The position numbers and the translations under genes are program-made. A stretch of 64,000 bases of DNA from an uncultured virus (IMG/VR IMGVR_UViG_3300030376_005322). Its lineage: Duplodnaviria > Heunggongvirae > Uroviricota > Caudoviricetes. The stretch lies in the IMG/VR virus record IMGVR_UViG_3300030376_005322. One strand, written 5' to 3'. The notes beneath the pieces are model-generated. The model searched no databases. It saw nothing but the letters and a program-made list of their open reading frames with translations, and was not told the origin of the DNA. Below, one piece after another: positions 48,704-58,221 of this stretch; positions within the stretch are counted from its first letter, which is position 1, and every line of letters begins with the position of its first letter.

Positions 48704-48928
48704 TTAAATTACGTTTGCATGAGGTCGGGGATCACTAATGATGATCGGTTTTACCGTTCCTCGTTCGTAATCTTCCAACGCCTCCGTCATTCCGCAATCG
48801 CTGCAAATCCAGATTCGTTGCTCGGTGTTCCGAGTCAAACGACTTAAGGCATTTGTTTCGATCGGGGAACGTAATTCGGTTACGTCACATTTAGGACAAA
48901 TTGCTGTTTCCACTTTCACCTCCTCCAT
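48704..48928 (-). CDS. small zinc-ribbon protein
   Basis: CPKC...ALSR......ICSDCG..EA; true start possibly GTG after GGAGG. Confidence 0.65.
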   Translation of the reverse strand: MEEVKVETAICPKCDVTELRSPIETNALSRLTRNTEQRIWICSDCGMTEALEDYERGTVKPIIISDPRPHANVI

Positions 48929-49267
48929 TTGCTTACCCTTTAAGCGTACACTGTTGATTGACTAATCACAAGTGACATGTGTCACACCAAGTCCTCCGGT
49001 TGAGAGTAATAAGAATGTTGGCGGCCGGGTCTCCCGGTCCTTCCGGGGCAAGACGCACTTTTCCCTATGTATATATAATAGCAAATTTTCAACCAAATAG
49101 CAACCCCAAATTAAAATTATTTCAGAAATATTTTATTTTAAGATTTCTAAGATTTCTTTATTTTGAGGTTGGTATATATGCCAAAAAAAGATACTATTAA
49201 AGGAGTGGAGGTGCTGAATAAAAACCACCATGTTAAGCAACCCTAACAAACTTAAAAGGAGTTTGAT

Positions 49268-49705
49268 ATGAAAGTAATAACGATAGAACATAGAAAGATT
49301 AAAGACGGAGTGCCCTACACACTCCTACAACAACAACTAAGTTGGTTCCGTTCACTCGGTAACTACGCCAAAGGTTGTGGTTGGAAAGTTGAACAACCAG
49401 CCTCTGTTGATCGTGCCGCTACTAATTGGATCGCAAATGGAACTTACGCCATAGCGAACTTTACAGTAACGCCACCAGTCAAAGGTTGGTTCCGTTTGAA
49501 TTGGGTACGCCCAAAGACACGGAAGAACAACTACTCCGACACTCAAGCGAAGCAAGAAATTGTTCGCACTGTAAAACTCAAAGTTTTACAAATTGACGGA
49601 GTAGACGCCACCGGAGTATCGGCACAAGACGTGACCGACTACCTCCGAGGCTTGACCACTCACAATTCCATCACCATAGGAATTGACGAACAAAAAAATT
49701 GGTAG
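49268..49705 (+). CDS. hypothetical protein (cassette array)
   Basis: AAAGGAG RBS, GAGGTTG-20nt-TACTAT promoter, GAAA-loop hairpin 49728-49747. Confidence 0.75.
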   Translation: MKVITIEHRKIKDGVPYTLLQQQLSWFRSLGNYAKGCGWKVEQPASVDRAATNWIANGTYAIANFTVTPPVKGWFRLNWVRPKTRKNNYSDTQAKQEIVRTVKLKVLQIDGVDATGVSAQDVTDYLRGLTTHNSITIGIDEQKNW

Positions 49706-49855
49706 GAGTTCAGCACCTCCAGCCCGACGCCTCCCGAAAGGGAGGCGAAAGGCCTCCGGTCTTCCGGGCTGCAGCGCGTGTGTGAATCTTGCGTGTGAAT
49801 TCCTCCGGTGTTCCACGATCCACTTGATAGGTGTGAATTTTGGCTTCCGGCTTGG

Positions 49856-49930
49856 TGGTGACCCTAGAGAGAATTGAACTCTCGTTTCCAACTTGAAAGG
49901 CTAGCGTATTATCCACTATACGATAGGGCC
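49856..49930 (-). tRNA. tRNA-Glu (TTC), CCA encoded
   Basis: GGCCCTA acceptor stem, D arm, anticodon loop CT-TTC-AA, T arm GAGAG-TTCAATT-CTCTC, 3' ACCA. Confidence 0.9.
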
Positions 49931-49988
49931 GTGTATGTGTTCCGGGTAGGGCGAAACTATCGGGGAGGGCCGAAACCCTCCCCAAATG

Positions 49989-50246
49989 TTAAACTGCTTC
50001 GGGCAGGTAGTCCGACCCGATAGCCGCGATCCGAGTGTCAGCAAAACGTTTCGCGTTGTGCTCGGCTGGGTGAGTTTCACCTTCTTCAAGGATAGGGAAC
50101 TCGTACCCGCGTGGGTCTAAACCGGTAACAGTTGTATAAATCCTGTTTCCGTTCTCATCAAGGAATGAGTAGGCGCAGGTGGTACGGTTTCTGCGATGTC
50201 TCGCTGATTCCGCCTCCGTTCTGCGTGGTGTGTTTAATCTGGTCAT
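49989..50246 (-). CDS. hypothetical protein (cassette array)
   Basis: Own promoter; hairpin GGGAGGGCCGAAACCCTCCC downstream. Confidence 0.65.
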   Translation of the reverse strand: MTRLNTPRRTEAESARHRRNRTTCAYSFLDENGNRIYTTVTGLDPRGYEFPILEEGETHPAEHNAKRFADTRIAAIGSDYLPEAV

Positions 50247-50531
50247 TTTGGCTCTTTCTGGTTAGTGGTGAAGCCGATTGCCTCACCCTTTCAATATAAC
50301 TCCATATTGAACAAATACCAACCTCTAAATAAATAAATCTTAGAAATCTTTTTGCCTAAAAATCTGCGCCTCCCGGTCATACCCATAATAGATAGCACCA
50401 GCAGCGCCCGGTCCTTCCGGGCAGAGAAATATGTCATCGGAGGAGGGTAACCACTCCCCCCTCCGGTGACATCGGGTTGACTGGATCGGAGGGAAAAGGA
50501 GTAAACCTCCGGCCCGAGTCTTTATATCTTT

Positions 50532-50753
50532 TTAGAGATCAACTTTTGGTTTCCCTCCATAGCCTCCGGCGGCGAGCATGAACTTTGCATAGTCAAATCG
50601 TGGATTATCTGCCGCGAAATGATCTGCCCATTGCTCACAGGTTTCCCGGTGCGCCTTTTTGTCGGTTACGGTCTTAGTGCTTCTGCTGAGCACTCCGGCC
50701 ATGTCCCTATAGTGTTTTCTTGTGTATAGCATTTTTGCCTCTTTCTTTGTCAT
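50532..50753 (-). CDS. conserved small phage protein
   Basis: 'TRKHY...A......FAADNPRFD..KF..A' pattern; leaderless start. Confidence 0.7.
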   Translation of the reverse strand: MTKKEAKMLYTRKHYRDMAGVLSRSTKTVTDKKAHRETCEQWADHFAADNPRFDYAKFMLAAGGYGGKPKVDL

Positions 50754-50970
50754 ATTTTAAGTATACCTTGAATTGACCTAGTTCCACTGTGACATCTGTC
50801 ACACCGCCCCCGGTCTGCTCTATATGTAAATGTGGAAAATCCCCCGGTACTCCCGGTTGCAAGTTCATGTGTGAATCTGCGTGTGAATATGGGTGTGTAG
50901 GTGTGAATGCCGCTCCCGGTCTTCCGGGCTGGCAAGCGTGAATTGGGGAGGGCCGAAACCCTCCCCGACT

Positions 50971-51270
50971 CTACGATTGTTTACCGTCAGTACTCTCGCG
51001 GGTCCACGGTTGGCTACTTAGGAGTGCTCTCCACTCCACGAAGAGTAATCCGAAGCCTTGAATTTTGCATTCAAGAGCGACAAGCCAGAGACGATCGAAG
51101 TATTTACTAACCGACCATTTAGGTGGATGTAAAACTACCGTGTCGTCATGTCCACTGAAAATAATATGGATGATTTGCTCTTTTTTGGTTTGTGGGAGGT
51201 AGTCGGCCGAGTGGACCCAGCAACGACGTAATCCGTTATTTTTGATTAGGTATTTCTTGGTTTCTTTCAT
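50971..51270 (-). CDS. hypothetical protein (cassette array)
   Basis: Leaderless TACCAT-6nt-ATG; same terminator hairpin as at 49962. Confidence 0.65.
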   Translation of the reverse strand: MKETKKYLIKNNGLRRCWVHSADYLPQTKKEQIIHIIFSGHDDTVVLHPPKWSVSKYFDRLWLVALECKIQGFGLLFVEWRALLSSQPWTRESTDGKQS

Positions 51271-51559
51271 ACTTTAATGGTACACCGTAAATTGACCTTT
51301 CCACTGTGACATCCGTCACATCGCCACAGCCTGCGCCAGCCTGCGCCAGCCTGCGCCTCCCGGGCATATATGCGCCTCCCGGGCATACGGTAGACAGCGC
51401 CCGGTCCCCCGGGTGCAGCCGTGTGAATTTGCGACCGTGTGAATTTGCAGTCGTGTGAATTTAACCACGTGTAAATTTAATACGATTTCTTTGTTTTGAG
51501 GTTGGTATTCACTGTGCAAGGCTTATAATGGATAAGAGAAACAACTACAGGAGAAACAA

Positions 51560-51841
51560 ATGAAATTTGATCCAACAGCAAAAATAGTAAAGAAAGCCAA
51601 AAGAGGCAAAGACAAGTTCACTCTTACCGAGTGCAAAGGTTACAATCTTTTTAACCTCTGGCTAATGGTTCCAGCCCCAAGCGCGGCAGAGCGTCAAGCA
51701 TGGGAAGATCAAGGCATCGCTGACATCATGGAAGATTGCTCAGGCCCTCAATTCTGCGGTCACGTTAACGATCCAGACAATATTGAGATGGCGATAGACG
51801 CCCACCTTGAGGAAATGCATTTTCTCATGCAAGGCATCTAA
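51560..51841 (+). CDS. hypothetical protein (cassette array)
   Basis: AGGAG RBS; GAGGTTG-20nt-TATAAT promoter. Confidence 0.7.
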   Translation: MKFDPTAKIVKKAKRGKDKFTLTECKGYNLFNLWLMVPAPSAAERQAWEDQGIADIMEDCSGPQFCGHVNDPDNIEMAIDAHLEEMHFLMQGI

Positions 51842-51989
51842 GGGCGGAGGGGTCATTTGACCCCAAACCCCCCCCGGTACTCCCGGTCACCCGGGCAGAG
51901 AAATGCCCCCCGAACGTGGAAACTTCGTCCGGGGGGCTGGGGTTAGCAGAGACAAGGAGAAAATGAAAGAAAACTCCTTGCCCCGGCTT

Positions 51990-52430
51990 CTATGATCCGT
52001 ACAGAACGTAACTTTTATCTAATGCTACCGGACTGTAACGTGCGTCTACTTGCGCTTGCTGATCTAACCATTCCACGCAAGACCAATACCATTGTTCTGC
52101 CGTCATGCTTTCGCTATGAGTGACACAATCAAAGTTCACCATCTCACGACTCATGCCCTCCGGGTTCATGGTTGATGCCATGCGCCAGATGTTCGTAATG
52201 TGGTAATCGGTTTCTATGTTGTCCGCTGCCGTGAATATAAAAATTACGTCACCGCGTAAAATAACGGAGTTGTAGGTATCTGCGTGGACCTTCCCGGGTT
52301 CATCTGTGTGGGTTGTCCATTCGTCTACGATTGTTTGCATGTTTGCTTTTGCTTCTGCCTCTTGGCGTTGCAGTTCGTCAAACTCTCGCTGTTCGTCTGT
52401 TGGGTCTACTTCTGACCATTCGTCATTCAT
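51990..52430 (-). CDS. hypothetical acidic protein
   Basis: AAGGAG RBS, own promoter. Confidence 0.7.
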   Translation of the reverse strand: MNDEWSEVDPTDEQREFDELQRQEAEAKANMQTIVDEWTTHTDEPGKVHADTYNSVILRGDVIFIFTAADNIETDYHITNIWRMASTMNPEGMSREMVNFDCVTHSESMTAEQWYWSCVEWLDQQAQVDARYSPVALDKSYVLYGS

Positions 52431-52755
52431 TTTTGGCTCCTTGCCGTTTTGTTTACCTTATCTATTGTAAAGGTTTAATTGACTAATACCAACCTCTCCA
52501 GTTAATTATTTTTTCCAGTTTCTTTCTTTAGTTGGTTTACAGATTTTTTGACAGATGCAAAAAAACTCGTTCCGGTTGCAGTTGCATTTACTTTTATATT
52601 GCCTACATGGGCATAGTGTCGTGTCGTTCATTTGTCCTCCGGGGCTTCATACATCTCTGGAGGGATAATTTGCTTTATCTCGTCCTCCGGGAGACCGTTC
52701 GCTCTTAGGTATGTCATTAAATCCGAGAAGGTGCTCCCGGGCTGTACTTTTCCAG

Positions 52756-52971
52756 TCATCGCAATATCCTTTGTGCTTGTGCGTATTCTCGGTCTCGTCT
52801 TGCTATCTGCGTGATTTCTTCTCTCGCTTCTTTAAGAGAACCCACCATAAAGTGCCCGATGGTGTCGGTGCCGTCCGGGGTTAGTTCCCATACGGTGATA
52901 TCGCCATCTTCTTCTACTTGTATTTGGTGACCTTTATAGTCAATGATCCGGGCTGTTAATTTTCCGCTCAT
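52756..52971 (-). CDS. hypothetical protein
   Basis: ATGA-coupled small gene. Confidence 0.6.
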   Translation of the reverse strand: MSGKLTARIIDYKGHQIQVEEDGDITVWELTPDGTDTIGHFMVGSLKEAREEITQIARRDREYAQAQRILR

Positions 52972-53111
52972 TTGTTTCCTCTCACATGTACGACGCTAAT
53001 TCCCATGCTTCCCATGATTCGGTCGAACTCTTGCATTGGCGAGTCGCAGTATTTCCCTTCGTTTCCTCCGGGGTGCTTCTCTTTACATTTCTTGCAATAG
53101 GTATCGCTCAT
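52968..53111 (-). CDS. small Cys protein
   Basis: Start moved to ATG 53111 after AGGAAG. Confidence 0.55.
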   Translation of the reverse strand: MSDTYCKKCKEKHPGGNEGKYCDSPMQEFDRIMGSMGISVVHVRGNK

Positions 53112-53348
53112 TTTTTCTTCTTCCTGTTTGCTTCCTGTATCCATTGTACAACTTTTAATTGACTTTCCACTGTGACATGTGTCACATCGCTTCCGGGCGG
53201 GGTTACCAGTTCCCTTTCCGACAAGCCTTCCGGTTGCCGTCTTTCTTACGGTCGGCAAAATACACCGATCTGGTCTTCCGGCCGTCACGTAGGGCGGAGA
53301 GGTGCTCCTCCCTATGTAGCCTGCGAATGTTTTTACTGTCCTCCGGGT

Positions 53349-53630
53349 TCATGATGCTTCCCAGTTGGTTGATAATTGGTTGTGCAAGAATTGGGCCTGC
53401 AAGTCCGCCTCTAGTTTCTTCCGGGCGATTGTTGCCGCACGTTTTTTATTGGCGTTTAATTTTTTGTAGTAAGGAGTTACGTCGTCAATAACTCGCTCAC
53501 CGTAAAAGATTTCCCGGGCGACTGGCATATCTCCGCAGTCCCTGATTTCTTGGGCTTTTTCTTCTAGTTCGTATTCGTCTACGATTTCAGAAGTGCCCTC
53601 ATTATAAGCAACTAATAAAAATTCTCTCAT
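53349..53630 (-). CDS. hypothetical protein
   Basis: GGAGG RBS, own promoter. Confidence 0.65.
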   Translation of the reverse strand: MREFLLVAYNEGTSEIVDEYELEEKAQEIRDCGDMPVAREIFYGERVIDDVTPYYKKLNANKKRAATIARKKLEADLQAQFLHNQLSTNWEAS

Positions 53631-53876
53631 TTTGTTTCTCCTCCGGGGGGTTTCCCCCTGTTGTTATTTCCTTGTTAATTTAAGTATACCAGAAATTGAC
53701 CTAATTGCAATGTGACATTTGTCACCCTTCCTGTTCCTTTAATGTCCAGCCACAATCCGGGCAAACATCATCTTCTATGACCTGCTCACCACAAGCGTCA
53801 CAGTTCCAAACCAACCCGGGCCCATGATTGCTCACGTCGTATTCGGGTGCTCCGGTCCAAGGGTTATGCCACATGC

Positions 53877-54164
53877 TCATTTTTTTCTCCTATGTAAATT
53901 GTTTGTAACGCAGTCCGGGTCTTGGCACTTTGGCAGGGGACCGTAAGGGTGGTTGTCTGGGCAGGCAGCGCAAACGTAGGTAGTGATAAGGAAGCCGAGT
54001 TCCGGGTCTGCTATTGATTCCCTTTCGTAGGCGTTTAAGTTCCTAACGATTTCTTCGGCTTCTTCCTTGCTCCGGGCTTCAACTTCTATGTCGCCATAGT
54101 TCAGGGCGTAAACGCCTACTGTGAAGGTCCGGGTTATTCCTGTGGTTTCGTTGTTTTCTTTCAT
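53877..54164 (-). CDS. DpnD/PcfM-like small protein
   Basis: 'IEVEARSKEEAEEIV' motif; leaderless start. Confidence 0.6.
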   Translation of the reverse strand: MKENNETTGITRTFTVGVYALNYGDIEVEARSKEEAEEIVRNLNAYERESIADPELGFLITTYVCAACPDNHPYGPLPKCQDPDCVTNNLHRRKK

Positions 54165-54308
54165 ACTTTAAGGGTACACGCTTAATTGACGTTTCCACCG
54201 TGACATGTGTCACACGGCCTCCGGGCCACCCGGGTTCGAGAAAGCCACCATGCCTCCCGGGTTACCCATATAACCCGAAAAGCACGTGTGAATTTTCACG
54301 TGTGAATC

Positions 54309-55220
54309 TTACGTGTGAATCTCGGACAGTTCCGGCGACGGTATTTCGTCTGCCGCTTCGGTAATGAACTTGAGCGCCTTACTCGCTTTACTAGCCGCGT
54401 CCCAAACAAACTTATGATCTCCGTTTAAGGCTTTAAGCCAACTAGCGATGTAAGAACCATGATCCTTCCGGGGACTGGTTGCTACTCCGTGATGATTGGA
54501 TAAGAATACGGCACCTAATTCAGCGACTAATTCTTCAAAAGCATATCCGGTACGCTCTCCGTTATTTTCTGCTTTACGATTAAGTCGTGAAGATGCTCCG
54601 GTCCAATGTGTGAACTCATGGGCAACCACTCCGAACCATTCAGCAGTACCTTCAAACTGTACGTCCTCCGGCGTGTTGATGTAGTCACCTGATGGACTGT
54701 AAAACGCTCTATCGCTAGGAGTTTCACGCCAGTCAGCACCGATTGACTTAAACCACTTCCGGTAGACCTCTACGTCTATGTCTGGTGATGGTTCTGGTTG
54801 TTCCCACTTTGGAGCGTTCTCTACTTGTGATGCATGAAAGACACTATAAGAGCGTGCCATCATACGAGATTGAGATGCTCCCGGGTGAGCCTTACATTCG
54901 TTCTTGGACCATTTTCCGCATGTCTCACATACGAAACTTCTGCCCCAATAAATGATTGGTGTTCCGGTTTCGCCCTTCTTGACATTGCCGCCTAATTTCG
55001 CCCAGCCTTTATAGGTGGACCAACGCGGATCAGCAGGATCAGGAGATAGGAACATGAGAACCATGTAATTGCCTCCGGTGTAGATAGTTCCCGATTGTGG
55101 ATTATGTGGCATACGCCCAGCACCTTGCCAAGGCTTAGTCCAATCCTCCGGGTTGTTCTCTAATTGGCGGATAATTGCTTCTGTTAATTGTTTTTGGATT
55201 ACTTCAGTTTTTTCACTCAT
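54309..55220 (-). CDS. ardC: ArdC-like antirestriction ssDNA-binding protein with zincin domain
   Basis: W.KPW, P.N..SG..Y.G.N, W.TY..W..LG..VKKGE.G, VF..SQV, AFYSP..DYI..P, HEFTHWTG...RL.R, YAFEELVAELGA, YIASWL. Confidence 0.9.
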   Translation of the reverse strand: MSEKTEVIQKQLTEAIIRQLENNPEDWTKPWQGAGRMPHNPQSGTIYTGGNYMVLMFLSPDPADPRWSTYKGWAKLGGNVKKGETGTPIIYWGRSFVCETCGKWSKNECKAHPGASQSRMMARSYSVFHASQVENAPKWEQPEPSPDIDVEVYRKWFKSIGADWRETPSDRAFYSPSGDYINTPEDVQFEGTAEWFGVVAHEFTHWTGASSRLNRKAENNGERTGYAFEELVAELGAVFLSNHHGVATSPRKDHGSYIASWLKALNGDHKFVWDAASKASKALKFITEAADEIPSPELSEIHT

Positions 55221-55394
55221 GTATATAAGGATAAAGGGTAAATCTGGGAATTACTCCACAATGTGACAGAAGTCACAAAATTAAAAAAGTAGCGGCATCC
55301 GGTACACCCGGCACCCGGGCGCACTGCAAGGAAGAAGCAGCGCCCGGGTTGCATGGGGTGGATAAATCTTGCGTGTGAATCTCATGTGTGAATT

Positions 55395-55742
55395 TCATGC
55401 GTTTAACCAGACTGTCGGAGGAGCAGTATCTTCCCACATATCGTCATACCTGCACCAATAACAGACGCCATCTTGCGTGAACATCGTTATCCCATAATGG
55501 GTATCGCAGTTATAGCAAGCGTCGTAATCTTTATCACCTGCCGCCGCTTTCTCTTTAGCAATATCGCTGTCACGGTGTTCCGGTAACACGAAAGGGACAA
55601 TCACTACCTTCAAAGGAGTGCCGTTCATGTCGCGAGGGATATCTTTATCTGTTACACAGTTTGGGCAAACAAAGTAGTCGTGGGCGACATAAGTCTCCAT
55701 GTCCATGTCTATAAGAACATCACATCTTGAGCATTCGCTCAT
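55395..55742 (-). CDS. Cys-rich protein
   Basis: Four CxxC pairs; start ATG 55742. Confidence 0.6.
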   Translation of the reverse strand: MSECSRCDVLIDMDMETYVAHDYFVCPNCVTDKDIPRDMNGTPLKVVIVPFVLPEHRDSDIAKEKAAAGDKDYDACYNCDTHYGITMFTQDGVCYWCRYDDMWEDTAPPTVWLNA

Positions 55743-56197
55743 ATTATCTCTACTTCTTTTACACCGTATTGGCTTAGAGTGCCTACCCTTGAACGTCCGG
55801 CGTACTCGCATTTAGCAGAGGAGTCGTGCTCCCAGAACATGCCATTGTCGTCGCCTTTTTCGTGCGCCCAACCCCGAGAAACAAAATCTCGTGCTATCTC
55901 TAAAACCTTCCGTTCAATGTAAGCCTCATCAACATGACGTGCAGACAAATCCCGGTCTGGGTCTACCCACTGGTCATAGGCGAGCCAGCCGTGATCTAGG
56001 GTGACCTCTTTCTCTACGAGAACCCTGACCTTTATGGACTTATCCCGAGCAACAAAATCTTCAACGAATTCGTTGAACAGTTTCTGTTTGTAGCATTCAT
56101 CGTGATAGACCGTTGAGTATTCTGCGTGAACTCCGCCAGAAGTTATCTCTGGGTCATCGGTAAAGTCTGAACAATTTTCGTAATCGCAAACCAACAT
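55739..56197 (-). CDS. hypothetical protein
   Basis: 152 aa, operon member. Confidence 0.6.
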   Translation of the reverse strand: MLVCDYENCSDFTDDPEITSGGVHAEYSTVYHDECYKQKLFNEFVEDFVARDKSIKVRVLVEKEVTLDHGWLAYDQWVDPDRDLSARHVDEAYIERKVLEIARDFVSRGWAHEKGDDNGMFWEHDSSAKCEYAGRSRVGTLSQYGVKEVEII

Positions 56198-56199
56198 GA

Positions 56200-56355
56200 C
56201 TATCCTTCCTCTACGCTAACAAGTTCGCCTAGTTCCATTTCTTGTGCTATATCCCAAGCACTGTCCGGTGTCTCCGCCTCAATACAAACTGATTGAGTGC
56301 CCCATTGCCAGACATTAAAAAACTCAACTTTATATTTATTCAGTGTGTCCGGCAT
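56200..56355 (-). CDS. DpnD/PcfM-like small protein (not in ORF track)
   Basis: MPDTLNKYKVEFF...VCIEAETPDSAWDIA... Confidence 0.55.
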   Translation of the reverse strand: MPDTLNKYKVEFFNVWQWGTQSVCIEAETPDSAWDIAQEMELGELVSVEEG

Positions 56356-56357
56356 GA

Positions 56358-56615
56358 TTATTCCTCATCATCTTCGTCGTCGTCATCTGAATAACCGTCG
56401 CCATCATATTCCCAACCTGTATACATGTCGGTAACCATGCTTGGTTCTGGGAAGCCGTGTTCAACTGCTTCCGTAATTTCAAATGAGTTCCATTCCGCAT
56501 CAGTCAGAGCCCTAGCCTCTGAAACTTTCTGCGATGCTTCCTCTGGGCTGTCTGCGTCTATTTCAAATATGCCGCTGACGGTCCATTCTGTAACTTCTAC
56601 TCTGTAACTTCCCAC
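56358..56615 (-). CDS. DpnD/PcfM-like acidic protein
   Basis: 'YRVEV....FEIDADSPEEA.QKV'. Confidence 0.65.
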   Translation of the reverse strand: MGSYRVEVTEWTVSGIFEIDADSPEEASQKVSEARALTDAEWNSFEITEAVEHGFPEPSMVTDMYTGWEYDGDGYSDDDDEDDEE

Positions 56616-56672
56616 TGTATTCTTCTTCCTGTATTGTTTGTTATATCTAATTGTAAAGGTTTAATTGACTAA

Positions 56673-57155
56673 TCACAACGTGTCATCGGTCACATCGCCT
56701 CCGGCAACGCTTTCTTCTAAGTTGCGTAAATAAGTTCTGATCTTGTATATGTCGTGGCGATGCCATGCCGCCGAAACATGTATTTGTTGTTGGTTCCCCA
56801 ATTTTTCCATTTCGTCATACGGCAATTCTGCCAACCAATCCAAGAACTCTATGGTCCGGGTGAGGTCATTATCTTTGCGGTCTACTTTTTCCTCGCGGAC
56901 TTCCGGCATAGGTTTTAGAGAGAAGAGTATTTCATCGTCGCCGTCTTTTTCCCAATCACCGTTTTCGCTAACGATCATGTAAACATCAACATGTTTATTC
57001 TCGCTCCGGGCCTTATAGACTTTGTAGGCCTCACGGATTGCAGTATCCGAGAAAGCATAAGAGCGTTGAAACTCGCCATCTACCCACATTGTGTACCTAT
57101 GATCTCCGGTCGAATGAGGTGGCTTATGTTCTCTGTAGTCTTTCCAACTAGTCAT
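56673..57155 (-). CDS. hypothetical protein
   Basis: AAGGAAG RBS. Confidence 0.65.
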   Translation of the reverse strand: MTSWKDYREHKPPHSTGDHRYTMWVDGEFQRSYAFSDTAIREAYKVYKARSENKHVDVYMIVSENGDWEKDGDDEILFSLKPMPEVREEKVDRKDNDLTRTIEFLDWLAELPYDEMEKLGNQQQIHVSAAWHRHDIYKIRTYLRNLEESVAGGDVTDDTL

Positions 57156-57757
57156 TGCTTTCTTCTTCCTTAATAGAGAAATGGCTCATGATATTGTCAA
57201 ATGCTTCGAGCAAGTTTTTAGCGTGGGCCATCTCTGGGTTTTCGGTATTTTCTGTTTCTTTATCCATACCTTTCAGGATAAGGGGTAAATCTGGGAATTA
57301 CTCATTATTCCTTGAATTGTTTTGTGACCCATGTCACACGCCCTCCGGTCAATAGAATGACAGCGGGCTCCCGGTTACCCGGGCTTGCAGTAACTTAATG
57401 CAGCAAGCGTGTGAATCTTGCGTGTGAATCATTGTAAAGATTTCAACACGTTAATTTCAGACTGCCAATCATCTCCGTACTGCTCATTCTCTTCTAAGAA
57501 GTTTATGATCGTAGCCAGCACCCGGCTGTTGTATTGTTTATCTGTTTCTTGATAAGTCATGGCTTCCTTATATCTTCTCTAGGATCGCGGCGACCTTTTT
57601 TAAGGTCTCTAAATCCATATTGTTAATAGCATCTTCGTTGATGAGTTTTGGGCTCCTCCACATGTCTGCTAATTCTTCTGATGGGTCTTTCTCTGTGTTT
57701 GTCATATATTTAATGATAGAGGGTAAATCTGGGAATTACTCTATAATGTGACAGGAG

Positions 57758-58075
57758 TCACACATTTATTACCCTTAAGTGCATTCTCCCATCGTTAGTG
57801 ATCTGCCCGGTAGGCAAAGCCTCTACCCGAACAACTTCCGCTCTAGGGAAATATTTATCCCGATAAGTCTCAGCCGCCTTCCGGTAACGCCAGACCGAAG
57901 CCGTAGCCATATCCGGGCTGGCATAGAACCGTTCGTGGACGCTGTAATATCTTCCGGTATGTAGTGGTAGGTCCGAGTCGCGTAACGCATACATTGAGTG
58001 GACAGACTTCTTGTTCCACCCGTGAATCATCTCTATAGGGCCGCGCAGAACATACCCGGTTGGGTGCTTGCTCAT
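57758..58075 (-). CDS. hypothetical protein
   Basis: GGAGG RBS. Confidence 0.6.
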   Translation of the reverse strand: MSKHPTGYVLRGPIEMIHGWNKKSVHSMYALRDSDLPLHTGRYYSVHERFYASPDMATASVWRYRKAAETYRDKYFPRAEVVRVEALPTGQITNDGRMHLRVINV

Positions 58076-58077
58076 AT

Positions 58078-58221
58078 TTAAGCCTCCTCAACATATACTT
58101 CTTGAAGTTTCCCCATCGGGACTATTTCAGCATCGTTATATGCTTGCTCAGGGTCTCCGGCTTCGATGGTGTATACCATTTGTCCGTATTCGTGTACAAA
58201 TGAAACGTTGTATAAGGTCAT
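58078..58221 (-). CDS. DpnD/PcfM-like small protein
   Basis: 'YNVSF......YTIEAGDPEQAY'; start ATG 58221. Confidence 0.55.
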   Translation of the reverse strand: MTLYNVSFVHEYGQMVYTIEAGDPEQAYNDAEIVPMGKLQEVYVEEA

